Shown here piece by piece: positions 13,531 through 27,252 of a stretch of 64,000 nt of DNA. The position numbers and the translations under genes were made by a program. The stretch spans positions 40,610,001 to 40,674,000 of the forward strand of contig OX597816.1 of NCBI GenBank assembly GCA_951406725.2, written 5' to 3'. Below the pieces are notes generated by a model. The model had not been told where the DNA came from and made no database searches. It worked only from the letters and a program-made list of their open reading frames with translations. This DNA comes from Octopus vulgaris (taxonomy: Eukaryota). Within the stretch, counting starts at the first letter, position 1. Every line of letters begins with the position of its first letter.

Positions 13531-14471
13531 TTGGGTTGTCCGGAAAGTTCGTGCCCATTTTTAAAGGAAAGAAAAAGGTCAATAAATATTTGCCATTACA
13601 TTTTTAATCAACCAAATATGAACCATTTTGTCGCACGATGCATCTGCATCTTTCTTTTAACTTGAAAATACGCTCTTCCCAGAATCGAGGAGGTTTCATG
13701 GCAAAGAATTCATCAAGCTATCTTTTTACGTCATCCAAGGAGTTGAAAGTTTTACCATTAAGACTTGGTTACTTGGGAGAAGCTCATAGTACAGAATTCC
13801 TTTCCAATTCCACCAGACACAAAGCAAAACTTTAGGGTGAAGACTCGCTTTTGGGGTGGCTAAAAGTGGCCCATGTCGCTTACTCCGGTAGATAATCCAT
13901 CTCTCATCACCTGTCACAATTTGCTTTAAAAAAGGCGCGTTTTCATTCCGTTTATAAAGTGAATCGCGGATGGCAATGTTATCCAAAAGGTTCTTTTCAC
14001 TCAAATCATGTGGTACCCAAACATCGTAGCGATTTGTGTACCCAAGCTTTACCAGGTGCTCATGAACGACGTATTTTGATAGGTTGAGGCTTTCTACCAA
14101 TTCTCGGATTGTGCAATATGGGTTATTCGCAATTAATGACTTGATTTGGTCATCATCTGTAGTGGATGGTTTACCTGATCGCTCTATATCAATAAGGCTA
14201 AAATCTCCAGCTCAGAATCTTGATTTCTTTGGTTGCTTGAGAGGCATTTTTCCTTTACGGAAAATGAAAAGCATCAAGTGCTGAAAATGAACTTTCTTAT
14301 TTTCCATTTTAAAGGGTTACAGAATTAACACAGGTTATAGGAACATAAACCACGAAAAGATAGCTCTAATTGGAGGTGTAGTTAAATCCTATTTTATGGA
14401 CTCAACCCTGATCTAAAATAAGTCGAAAGGTAAACTACTATAAATCGGCACGAAATTTCCGGACCACCCAA
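13531..14471 (-). mobile_element. Mariner transposon, internally deleted, transposase pseudogene
   Basis: TIRs TTGGGTTGTCCGGAAAGTTCGTGCC / GGCACGAAATTTCCGGACCACCCAA, TA TSD. Translation has WVPHDL, FLKQIVTGDERW and VLLCVWWNWKGILYYELL; the YSPD region is missing. Confidence 0.95.
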
Positions 14472-15171
14472 TACAAACACACACACGCACTCTCACACAC
14501 ACATGCGAAAATTATAATGTAAGACACATAGAATTTTATTGGAGCATAGTGATTCAGGTATGACCGACAAAATGCAATTTGACTTCTACGTGAGATTTAA
14601 ACGCGTTTGTCTTGTTTGTAATTCTAGTTGCTCTTCTTCAGACTCACAGTTACACATATTTCCATTTCTGCTTTGAATATATAGGATAAATGAATAAGCA
14701 ATTATTTTTTATAATCTTCATATGCATCATTAATAGGATCAATTACGACATACGATTTCAATAATTTATTCAAATGCAATATTTATAGCGTCATTTAAAA
14801 GGGATAAATGCGTAGCATTCAGATTTAAAGTTCGATATAGCTGAGGCAATAAATTTAATGTTGTTGCATAAATAATTCTTAGAAATTATATGGAAATATT
14901 TAAATAGAACATAAATTCGTATAGAGTATTATATCATGAATTTTCTTGTCGATTCTAATAACTTTCGCATGTTTGTGTTTACACATTCACTTCTAAAAAC
15001 GTTTATTTCCTGATAAAAAATAAATGTTGCTCTCTCTGTCACTTAACCCCTCTTTTTTTATCTCTCTCTCAATCTCACGATATATACATATAATATATGT
15101 AAATATATGTACACACACCTCAAATACATATGTATGCGTATACATATATGCATACATACCTACAGACATAC

Positions 15172-15232
<61 letters not shown>

Positions 15233-16548
15233 TTACATGGCAGAAATTGTTGTTGCTGTTTTAATTCTCTAAGCCGCATAGCAAAATTACACTTGAAGCT
15301 GAAGAAATTCTCGTTCATTAAGGTATTTGTGCTCTATTGTATTTCAGTCCTACTCAACAATTAGACTATTATGCAGCGGTTGAACGATAACTATAGGGCG
15401 GAAATGAAATGAATTCATGTTTTTCTTTTTTTTTGTCTTTTATTTCTCAATATTCCGTTTTGGTGTTCGACGTTTTAGTAGTTAAGCCTCGATATCATCC
15501 AATCGTGTGATTTGAATGAAGTTGTCATAAAATGAATCTCCGAAGAAATAGAAATAGAAGACAAAAAAAAAAATTAGAAAGCAATGAAAATGGGAAAAAG
15601 AATAAATATTATAAAAATAGAAGTAGAAGACATTTATTCATAATTTTCTCACAGTCTTATTTTACGAATAACTGGGCATATTTGCTTAAAGACAGAATCA
15701 CTGATACAGTAAACAGTTTGCTCTCAGTGTCAATACAATTGCGGGACTTCTACATCCTTGCGTTTTCAATATATTAATTTTTTTTCTCTCGTACAAAGAA
15801 TGGAAGTTAATTATTGAAGCAAAGAAGCAATGTCTAGGTGCCAGATGATATTAACAAGTGAAATTATGCCAGAGGTATGGTATGCTTATCACGTCGAATC
15901 TAATGCAGTTTAATGCAATTGTGAAGGTAAATATCGTTTATTAGCTAATTCTCTCTCGACTAGAGATGTGTCAAGCGGAAAGCAGTACATTAAATTACAT
16001 GAAACATTGACACGTTTATTTCCAATAACAATGCCAGTGTAAACAATCTGTTTTGACATTTCAACTGCATATATCCATATTAAAATAGGCTGGTTGAGCA
16101 ATGCGGATGACTAGTTCTTTCGAAACGGTGTTCTTATACAACGTGACGCTAATCGACTTGTTGTGAGCCAATTAAATATGTTGCAAATGTAACTTTCTTT
16201 ATGCAGCATTTACAAAATTTTAATACTTTTATGTTTCAAATGAGAAACTTGTTTATCGTTTCCTTACTTGACCAGAAAATTGCACGAGAGATACGAAATA
16301 TTATTCCAGTAATCTTTGAGCTCAGAATGGATGTAACTATTTGTTGCTGAATTTCACACACACACATAAATAGTATGATTTGAATCTATGCCCATGATTC
16401 TTTGACATTGACTCATTACTGTACCTCAGTCAAACTACGTCGCGTTTTGATGCTCACTTTAAGTTGTCTCATATCACATCTGTGCTCAAGGAACGACAGG
16501 GAGAGCATACACATTTGCATTTTCTTTTAAATCCTATAAAAATATACT

Positions 16549-17146
16549 TATTTCTTTACTGCCCACAAGGGGCTAAACACAGAGGGGACAAACAAGGACA
16601 GACAAACGGATTAAGTCGATTATATCAACCCCAGTGCGTAACTGGTACTTATTTAAGCGACCCTGAAAGGATGAAAGGCAAAGTCGACCCGGCGGAATTT
16701 GAACTCAGAACGTAGCGGCAGACGAAATACATATTTCTTTACTATCCACAAGGGGCTAAACAGAGAGGGAACAAACAAGGACAGACAAAGAGATTAAGTC
16801 GATTATATCGACCCCAGTGCGTAACTGGTACTTATTTCATCGATCCCGAAAGGATGAACGGCAAAGTCGACCTCGGCGGAATTTGAACTCAGAACGTAAC
16901 GGCAGACGAAATACCTATTTCTTTATTACCCACAAGAGGCTAAACACAGAGCGGACAAACAAGGACACACAAACGGATTAAGTCGATTATATCGACCCCA
17001 GTGCGTAACTGGTACTTATTTAAGCGACCCCGAAAGTATGAAAAGCAAAGTCGACCTCGGCGGAATTTGAACTCAGAACGTACCGGCAGACGAAATACCG
17101 CTAAGTATTTCGCCCGGCGTGCTAACGATTCTGCCAATTCGCCGCC
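16549..17146 (-). mobile_element. Trimeric tRNA-derived SINE family B (one head, three ~185-bp bodies/tails)
   Basis: Head GGCGGCGAATTGGCAGAATCGTTAGCAC at 17146, B-box GAGTTCAAATTCC in each unit; 22-bp flanking direct repeat TTAAATCCTATwAAAATATACT (16527-16548 / 17147-17168). Confidence 0.92.
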
Positions 17147-17304
17147 TTAAATCCTATTAAAATATACTGTTTTCTTTATAACCTCAGCCTCGCCCTCAGT
17201 GAGCTCACTGTTAGAACAACAGAAAAATCTGCCACAAAACCAATCCTCATGGCATTATGAAGCTTAAAATAATCTCTTGAAACGTTTAGAAAGATGCACA
17301 CTAT

Positions 17305-17685
17305 GGGAAGCACTCCGTCGGTTACGACGACGAGGTTCCCGGTTGATCCGATCAACGGAACAGCCTTCTCGTGAAATTAACGTGTAAGTGACTGAGTACT
17401 CCACAGACACGTGTACCCTTAACGTAGTTCTCGGGGATATTCAGCGTGACACAGAGAGTGACAAGGCCGGCCCTTTGAAATACAGGTACAACAGAAACAG
17501 GAAGTAAGAGTGAGAGAAAGTTGTGGTGAAAGAGTACAGTAGGGATCACCACCATCCCTGCCGAAGCCTCGTGAAGTTTTAGGTGTTTTCGCTCAATAAA
17601 CACTCACAACGCCCGGTCTGGGAATCGAAACCGCGATCCTACGATCGCGAGTCCGCTGCCCTAACCACTGGGCCATTGCGCCTCC
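17305..17685 (-). mobile_element. tRNA-derived SINE, family C head + tail T2
   Basis: Reverse complement GGAGGCGCAATGGCCCAGTGGTTAGGGCAGCGGACTCGCG; TSD ATGCACACTAT (17294-17304 / 17689-17699); homologous to 55043-55423. Confidence 0.92.
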
Positions 17686-20204
17686 ACTATGCACACTATA
17701 AGAATTCAAAGAAATCAAGATAGAACGGCTGCAGTAAGAATGTATTTTGACTATAGCTTTTCGTCATCAGCTTTGACTTGAGCCAAACAAGAATAACAAC
17801 TCATTATCTTGTTTTTAATATATGCACAATTGCACCAATTATTGAAAAGGTCAATAATCTCACTTTAGTGCTTGATTACTACTGACATTTTCATTTACGC
17901 AGAGACAAAATAAAACGATGGTTATGTGAAGAGTCCTAATTAAATCTTTCCTTCTTTCTTCACTTTGCTTCTCAAAATCTCTACGGAATCGTAGGAGTAT
18001 GGTCGTTAGATACTGTGAATCTTGGGCAATAACATTAATCAAGTGTGTTAAAACGCTATCCTCGAATGTCCCATACATTTAAATTTCCAAATATATAACC
18101 TATATGATTCGACACGTTCTCGTAAAGTATGACTTGCATAAAAAAATTACTATAATGAATTTGGAGCACGAAATCCCCTCGTACAGAATGTCCTGCACTG
18201 AAAAGCTTAAATACACACTCTACAAGAATCAAAATTTATTGTCTCCCAAAAGTAATACAAGAGGAAAGATAATAAAATATATCAAATAAATTCTGATAGG
18301 CAACAGACCCCAAAGCATTATAACGCACTATGATCAAATAATATCAAAATAGAAAAGTAAGTGATAACTTTATGGGACTATACGGAAGTCTACTAATACA
18401 TATTAATTGTTCTCGGTGGCTCTGTTTGGTTCGATACAGTTTTTAGGCGATTCTGATAGGGTAGAGATGATAAGTGTTGATTGACATTACTTAAGATGCT
18501 TATAGTATTTACTTTATTAAATGACTAACTGATAAAATAAATTCTAATAAGTAGAGACTAATACAAGGCAGACATATTCAACCTACTTATTCTATCGTTT
18601 ATAGAAATATAGCACCCTCGAGCGGGGCAATGCTAAGACTTATGGGAATAAGATAATCTTTAGAGAAGAAGTCTGAAGTGAATACTTATAAGAGATTATA
18701 CTCATTTAATGACATCAAAACACCGTGTAGTGCTTAACTAGGCGACGGTTTAAATCCGTAGTTTAAGAAAAAGGAACATAGCTATCCTCCAACCATTCTC
18801 TACACCATGAATCCTCTGTTGCTTTTGTAACGTAATATCATCAAGTTAGGAATACCGCTAACTGACTCTTGGATGCTTTAATAGATTTTAGTCTCTTGCA
18901 GGCATCTGGCCGGAGACGAAATAACTTCAATAAATTCTAACACATTTTCTCGAAATGCCAAAAAAATTCTAAAAGAAAAAATTACAGAAGTAAACACCCT
19001 GGATATGGACAGTTTTCACTCCTTTTCTCCAATCTCTATAGTATCCCTTCCAGTTTAGGTTCCACTTGTTATTTTCTGCTGAAATGTTGACGACTCCACG
19101 TATTATTCCTCTCCGAATCATAAATCTCATACTCCCTGTATCCAGCCTATCTCAGCTGTCCTAGCTACACTCTCTATTCTACCTTCACTCAGAAATTTGG
19201 TGCTTGCACTTTTGTAGACTCCTCTTTCTCTCGCATTACGGTATTTGAATGCTTGGTGGACCGATGTTTTCCGTTTTCTTATAGATATAAATCGTCGACC
19301 ATTCAAGCACTACATATTATATTTATGCCATTAAAGGAGTATAATCTGCCTGTCTGTGTGTGAGGTGGAATTTAAAATTTTAAGTCATCATTTAGTGTTT
19401 AGCTGTGGATCCATAACTTCTGTGTTCAACTTTCGATTAAAAAGAATGATGCACAACTATTAAAAAAAAAAAAAAACTAGGGCGATTTAATGCTGATCAT
19501 TCACACCACTCCGAAACGAAGCGACGGATGATATTAAGAGAATATTGATTGGGAAGGGAATTTTTTCAAGATATATCAAGTAGAAAAAAATTATGAAGAA
19601 AATTATGTTTTTAAAATTATTTTGTTGTAAATATGGGGAGAAAAGACCGGTGGTTTGGCAGAATCTTTACACTGTCATGAGTTATTAAGGTAAGGATCTT
19701 TATCTTCACCGTCACAATTTCGTCGCGGTTGATAAAATGCAGATTTTCTTAAGTAGAGGATTGATTTAACTACCACTACAAAATGCATTGCTTGCGCCAA
19801 TTTTACAAACAAATCTTTATTACTTCCACTCACGGTAGTTTGGGTAACAATTTTACAGTATTTGCTTGCAGCTGTTAATGTCATGATTTCAAAGATTTGC
19901 ATTTCATCGATCCTGATTCTATAAAATATATAGCAGGATTTTGTCCTTTTAATTGTCTATACACATGCTCCACGTTTAAGGCTGCGTACCCAAGTTATAA
20001 ATCAGTATTTGTTCTTATAGATAATTCGGTTAATGATAATGTTGTGTTGAAATATTTTCTTCAGATTATTGATATGAAACGTCGTCGAATTTCGTTATTG
20101 ATTGTTGATTTTTCCTTTCCTGTGCAAACGATTTTAGAGATTCTGTTTCGGAAAATGATGTTAATGGAAACTACAGCCGTAGAGATACAGTTGAAGTTAC
20201 ATAA

Positions 20205-20538
20205 AGTTTGACGGTGGTGGATGTGGTAAAACTGATGATGGTAATGATTAGGACGACGGCGAAGACAATAATGAGAACAGCAATGACTGAAGGTGATGAC
20301 AACGATAGTAATGATTAATATGATGGTAACGGTGCTGAGAGTAATGATGATGAAGATGATGATGACGATATCGACGACAATGACGATGATGATGAAAATG
20401 ATGTTGAAGATGATGACGATATCGACGACGACGACAATGATTATCAATATGATGATGATGATGATAACTAATATGACGATGATGATGATGGTAATGATGG
20501 TGACGGCGGTGATGATGATGACGGTGATGATGATGAAA

Positions 20539-20575
<37 letters not shown>

Positions 20576-20785
20576 CGACGATGATGTTAATGATAATACT
20601 GATGATGATGCTGATGATGAGAAGGATGATGATGATGAAAAAGCTCAGCTTCTGTATCGTCGCTAAAGGCGTGTGATGAATATGAGAATCAAGAAGAATT
20701 ATGAAAATTGATGATGATGATGACGATGACGATGAGGACGACGATGATGATAATGATGATGACGACGACGACGACGACAGCAACG
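20205..20785. repeat. Long degenerate (GAT/GAC)n trinucleotide tract
   Basis: Produces the poly-M/I/S/D ORFs. Confidence 0.92.
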
Positions 20786-21207
20786 ATTAATAGGCTGTAA
20801 CGGTGGTGCTGGTGGCCTTGAGGTTTCATATTGGCTGATAAAATTTATGAGAAACATTCGCATAATATTTTACAATAATCATTTTATCAATTCATAAATT
20901 CCATTTGCTTGACGTATGTGAGTTTGGAGTCATCTCAACGTCTCAGTTCCTGAAGCTCATCTGAATTCATGTAGCAGTTCAAAACCATATTTTATTCTGT
21001 CGATAAATTTCCCTTAAATTCATTGATTCCTGTTTTTATTCTTTTTCCAAATCTACATATAGTCTTAAATATGTATATATATATATATACAAATACATAC
21101 GTACACGTATGCGTATCTATCTACGTATATGTGTGAGCACGTATATTTTTGTCTGTATATATATATTCATAAATAGATAATGAGGTATATATATATATAT
21201 ATATATA

Positions 21208-21240
<33 letters not shown>

Positions 21241-21411
21241 ACGTGCGTGTGTGTATGAGTGTGTGTGTGCGTGCGTGAGCCTGTTTTTTAAGCTAACTAA
21301 TATATATACATCTATTTATATATATATATATATGTATACGTATATATATATGTGTAAATCTATATACAAATTTATATTCACATGTATATATATACACACA
21401 CATATATATAC

Positions 21412-21452
<41 letters not shown>

Positions 21453-21639
21453 TATTTATATACATGCATATATATGTATACATGCATACACACGAACATA
21501 TATATTCATATACACTTATACTTATCTCTACATGGAAAAAACACTATAGAATCAAATAAATAAATATATATATATAAACATATATAAAGTGTGTATGCAT
21601 ACTTACATATATACATATATACAAGTTTATATATATATA

Positions 21640-21739
<100 letters not shown>

Positions 21740-21849
21740 CATAAATTGGCAGATAGTTCGTGAGAGAGGAGGGTGAGAAAGAAATATATAAATAGACACA
21801 TATACCCGCACAAAAGTTTTCATTCTTTTACGGGTTTCGTCGTTTTAAC

Positions 21850-23460
21850 AGACCACCCGGATATACGCATAAAAAATAGTCAGGCCAAAAGTTATTCAGT
21901 TCCAATAAAATTGAGCAGAAGTTAACTTTAAAATCTACGCTTTCTGGTAGACAAAAGGAAAAAACTTATTTCTTCATGAAGTTGTGTATATAAGTTTCAG
22001 AGTAAGTAAAGTTTCACATCAATATTAACCGAAAAAGAATCCGAAACATGCAACGTAATGGGTTATAGGTACCGGAAGATGATATCAGATTGCTGAGCAA
22101 TTTTGATGGATATAAGTACCTTGGAGTATTGCCGGATGAGAAATGAGAATGAAAATAGTAGAAGAGAAGGCTCAAGAATTTGAACGAAATAAAACTAAAT
22201 GTAGAAAATATTATAAAGACAATGACCACACAGGCCATGCTAATGTTGATGGTGATTCTTTTTTAAAGCGAGATGGGATTATTGACTAAACCCATCTCCT
22301 CAAATTTCAGGCCTTGTGCCCATAATAGAAAGGATTATTATTGCCTTACATTCTTTCAAGGTCAGTAAAATGAGTTATTGACTAATCCCATCTCCTCAAA
22401 TTTCAGGCCTTGTGCCCATAATAGAAAGAATTCTTTTTTAAAGCGAAGAAAGACGGAGATATAGACATTAAATAGAACACGTGGGCAGCTACTCACAATA
22501 TATGCGTGCCACCTATAGATATTACCAACAAATTGTTTACCACGAAGGAAAAGAATCCAGGTTTGTTAAACGCAAAAGGCACAATTAGTAGCGCCAATAG
22601 AGGGTTTCAAAATCTATATTGTGTATAGTGAAGGAAAACTCAATCTGCTTCTAGAGACATCTGAATGTCACTGAAGTAGTAAACGAATTTAAGAACAGAA
22701 TGAAGAATGACAGGAAAAACAGCTGGAAAAAAGAAAGAAATATTTTGTCAATTCAAGCTACAAATCAAAGATTTCGGAATACTAGCCATCGCTGATAAAG
22801 GGAAACGTGATACAAGAAATGGAAACACAAATTGCAGGTGATCAGGAACAAGATGTTCAAACCAAATTTCTATCAAAGAAAAAACTGAAAACAATCAACC
22901 AGGGTGTACAGAAGCTGCGACAAATGAGATGAAAATATTTTTTATCTCCGAAGCGAATATTGTACGTTAGCACAAATAGTCGGTAAAAGGGTATCCTGGG
23001 GTGTTGGTATAGTTTGTGAATTCGAATTGGCATGAAAGTAGTATGAACGCGTTCTAGAGGTTGTGATAGTGAATGATAGTTCAAGAAATTAATGGTATCT
23101 CTCGCTAGAGGCTGACTACAGCATTGAAGGAGACCAGGTATAATCGCAGTGAAAAATAAAAGAAAGTTTTGTAAGATCATAAGCTTTGCAATACTATTTC
23201 ATAGTAGATAGAGGTGTCAAATCAATACAGGCTGCTCAGATATCGACGTGGCCAGAGAGATGAAGTAATAAATTGATAAAGGAAGACAAAGGTACAATTG
23301 TTCCTGTCGTAATTAGTGCATTTGGACCAACACTCAGACTACTACCAAAGAGACTGAAATATGTTCGGGCTGAGACACGTATTGTCAACAAGCAGGCACG
23401 TACCGTCTTGTATTCTGCATGAATCCTATGAAAAATGAAAGCAGCATGTAATAACTTTAA
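21850..23460 (+). pseudogene. Highly decayed R4/Dong-like non-LTR retrotransposon (RT C-terminus to restriction-like endonuclease)
   Basis: Fragments GYKYLGVL...RRLKNLNEIKLNVENIIKTM (~22110-22240), RPGIIAVKNKRKFCKIISFAI (~23131) and IVPVVISAFG (~23297); ends in an AAT-rich tract. Confidence 0.7.
22272..22429 (+). mobile_element. Double SINE family B 3'-tail insertion with 17-bp TSD
   Basis: Two copies of CCCATCTCCTCAAATTTCAGGCCTTGTGCCCATAATAGAAAG; perfect TSD ATTCTTTTTTAAAGCGA (22255-22271 / 22430-22446). Confidence 0.85.
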
Positions 23461-23514
23461 AACAATAATAATGTTAAAAAAAAAAAAAAAATAATAATAA
23501 TAATAATAATAATA

Positions 23515-23728
23515 ATCCTTTCTAGTATAGGCATACAGCTTGAGATTTTGGAGGAGGGGTAAACAGATTACATCGACCCCAGTGCTCAAGTTGTACTTAT
23601 TTAATCGACCCATAAAGAAGGAAAGGCAAAGTCGATCTCAGCGGAATTTGAACTCAGAACGCCAAGATGGTCGAAATGCTGCATAGTATTGGTCTCGGTG
23701 TGCTAAGGATTCTGCCAGTTCACTGCGT
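23515..23728 (-). mobile_element. SINE family B (ATT-tail variant), diverged
   Basis: GGCAAAGTCGATCTCAGCGGAATTTGAACTCAGAAC body; tail AGAAAGGATTATT on the minus strand. Confidence 0.8.
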
Positions 23729-23802
<74 letters not shown>

Positions 23803-23821
23803 ACTGCTGCTGCTGCTGCTG

Positions 23822-23873
<52 letters not shown>
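23729..23873. repeat. (CTA)n-(CTG)n compound microsatellite
   Basis: Direct repeats. Confidence 0.95.
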
Positions 23874-23874
<1 letters not shown>

Positions 23875-23875
<1 letters not shown>

Positions 23876-24248
23876 TAACAATTTAAAACTGTTAGCAAAA
23901 TCAGCCTGAAATGGAGAGGCTTGTTGAGACTGTTCAGATGTGCAGCAAAGATATCGGGATGGTATTCGCTATCTCGAAGTGTGCGGTGCTCATTTTGATG
24001 TTTAAAGAGCAAATTGTAGAGGCGAGGCACAGAATTGTCAAACGGAGAGAGAATCTGAAAAAAAAAAACATCTGGTAACTTTAGAAATACCCTGCAATCT
24101 AGGCGTATTGCAAAAGTCGGCACTACTTCGAACTGCATGAATATTGCGTAAAGTACTCTCCGTATGGGGTCCTTGTTATGACTCGACAGACAGTACAAAC
24201 CCCCGGTTCAATCAACAAATTCGCAATATTGTATTCTGTGCGACATCT

Positions 24249-24250
<2 letters not shown>
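23875..24250 (+). pseudogene. Internally deleted R4/Dong-like fragment
   Basis: NNLKLLAK / MERLVETVQMCSKDIGMVFAISKCAVL (RT region after YxDD) joined to LQKSALLRTA*ILRKVLSV (C-terminus), then 3'UTR and (AAT)n. Confidence 0.8.
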
Positions 24251-24329
<79 letters not shown>

Positions 24330-24333
24330 TATA

Positions 24334-24382
<49 letters not shown>

Positions 24383-24443
24383 CGATGACAATAATAATCG
24401 TTTCTACTAAAGGTAGAATAGTTATCAAGTCTTGTGCCAAAAC

Positions 24444-24501
<58 letters not shown>

Positions 24502-24700
24502 GATTGAGAGAGCAATGTATACCATCAAAGTGACACTAGGGTAAAATATACGAAGCCCAGTATACCCATCATGACTATTCGTCTGATAAAGATACACCAG
24601 GCACATGCATCACAACCATATGTGCGCGACACGGTGATCTCATGATAACACTCCCAATCAGTTAAGATCAGAAGCCATGAGAGACACTGCCTGATACTGC
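24502..24700 (-). mobile_element. Internally deleted copy of the (AAT)n-associated 546-bp element
   Basis: Both termini match 53450-53995; about 347 bp lost at an ATG microhomology; (ATT)n tail at 24447-24501. Confidence 0.88.
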
Positions 24701-24799
24701 GGTGCATACTCTTCTATTTATTTGTGTATAACTTCTGGATGAGTAACCTCGGTCCTATGTAGTCTTAGCAACAATGAAGTAGACTCTCATGTAACTGTC

Positions 24800-24838
24800 G
24801 AACCTGTGGAAGGCACGCTGGATGCCGAAATATCGTTC
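24800..24838 (+). ncRNA. Type I hammerhead-like motif, variant core CUGUGGA (copy 1)
   Basis: GAAC-CUGUGGA-A-GGCA(CGCUGGA)UGCC-GAAA-U-AUC-GUUC. Confidence 0.65.
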
Positions 24839-24950
24839 AATCAATTTCACATGATATGAAACTTCTATTTATTTGTGTATAACTTCTGGGTAAGTAACAT
24901 CGGTCCTATATAGTCTTAACAAAAATGAAGTAGACTGACATGTAACTGTC

Positions 24951-24989
24951 GAACCTGTGGAAGGCACGCTAGATGCCGAAATATCGTTC
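24951..24989 (+). ncRNA. Type I hammerhead-like motif, variant core CUGUGGA (copy 2)
   Basis: GAAC-CUGUGGA-A-GGCA(CGCUAGA)UGCC-GAAA-U-AUC-GUUC; the only difference from copy 1 is in loop II. Confidence 0.65.
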
Positions 24990-25029
24990 AACCAATTTCA
25001 CATGATATGGCACTCTTCTATTTATTTGT

Positions 25030-25090
<61 letters not shown>

Positions 25091-25445
25091 GTGACTAAAA
25101 CAATACCTGTTGTCATAGGTGCCCTGGGAATGATAGCAAAAGGGGCTGATTGCTACCTAACTCAGATACCAGAAAACCCCAAAATGGTAGAAATTCAAAA
25201 GATAGTGCTCATGGGAACTGCTTATATCCTACGCAAAATATTTTCTATGTAATCTCAAGGTTTAAAACAAACAGAATTTTCGTTTTTTTTTCTTTTTAGA
25301 CATTCACTAGTACAACACCAGAAAAAAACCCCAAATATACGGCGCACTAGGCATAACAACATGAACTTCCAACCTGTTGTCTCTTGAGGTCTCTGGGTGA
25401 GACTTGGAGCCAAATTGTACAAATATAAAGCAAATGTCAAACATA

Positions 25446-25447
<2 letters not shown>
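25091..25447 (+). mobile_element. 5'-truncated R4/Dong-like retrotransposon 3' end in (AAT)n
   Basis: Open frame 25091-25252 VTKTIPVVIGALGMIAKGADCYLTQIPENPKMVEIQKIVLMGTAYILRKIFSM*, typical of the RLE C-terminus; (AAT)n on both sides. Confidence 0.88.
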
Positions 25448-25481
<34 letters not shown>

Positions 25482-25719
25482 AATAATAATAATGATAGGA
25501 AGTGCCCATTCTCGCTGTACAAGAATGTGCAACCAATAGGATGTGCAACGAGCATAGCGAGACAGTTAACAGCATCATCTGTGGCTGTTCAGTATATATG
25601 CAGGTATTACCGAGTAAGTAATTATATCCATTGGGCAATATGCCAATACTACAACGTAAAAACTGACAAGAAATGTTATAGACATGTGCCAAAAAGAAGG
25701 TACAAGACAACGTTCCTAT

Positions 25720-25872
25720 AACTTAGCGATACACCAAAAGTGACGATACAATGAGTACTAGATTCAAGAAAATTTCAGTTCTGTGGTCGATTTGTCCCAC
25801 TAAAAGCGTTGAAAGCGGTGCCCCAGCATGGCTGCAGTCCAATGACTGAAGTAACTAATAAAACATAAAGAT
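25720..25872 (+). mobile_element. Diverged SINE family A 3' part
   Basis: GCGGTGCCCCAGCATGGCTGCAGTCCAATGACTGAA tail motif. Confidence 0.7.
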
Positions 25873-26430
25873 ACGTTGTCGTCATCACCATTCATATTTT
25901 TTAAAAAAAGCAGTAACAACAATACTAGCGACAAAATTTACTTGTGTATCTTTTTCTCTAAATCTCACATGAATTCCAGATAACTGAAATGATGTAGCAT
26001 CTTCAAAAAGAATGCCTTTTGTTATAAAACGGAATAAAACTGCAAAAGGTATGGAATAAATAAAATAAATTTTCAAAAAATATATATATATTTCTGAAAC
26101 AGAGAAAAAATTAAACGTGAACATAAAATAAAATTATGGACATAAATGTAAATTCCCAAAGATATACACACAGGGATAGAATCGGATATTGTTCTGCTAT
26201 AACTCACAGTCACAGAGTCATACATACACATTTATGTACGATAACACGAAGACACTCGTGTATATAAAATGAAGGCTAATTTATAAATGTACATGAGCAT
26301 ACATTAGTACGTACATGCATACATACAGAAACGGGCACATACACACACACACACAACCGTCTATATATTGTTCATGATATATGTAATACAGATGTTCATA
26401 AATAAATACGTAGGTATATGCACACTCAAA

Positions 26431-27252
<822 letters not shown>

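Larger units (their letters stand above)
24708..25032 (+). repeat. ~2.1 tandem copies of a 151-153-bp unit, each full unit carrying a hammerhead-like motif
   Basis: CTTCTATTTATTTGTGTA recurs at 24711, 24862 and 25015. Confidence 0.95.

Noticed and set aside
14595-14645. CUGAAGA...CAAACGCGUU (minus) and other isolated CUGANGA hits (about 1917, 5221, 53622, 58358)
   Set aside because: No stem II or GAAA in the correct geometry.
16549-17146. Regularly spaced repeats suggesting a CRISPR array (also 24708-25032)
   Set aside because: Whole units repeat with no unique spacers, the context is eukaryotic and no cas genes are present.
20061-20783. Longest ORFs (240 aa poly-I/S and 127 aa poly-M)
   Set aside because: Translations of the degenerate (GAT)n microsatellite.
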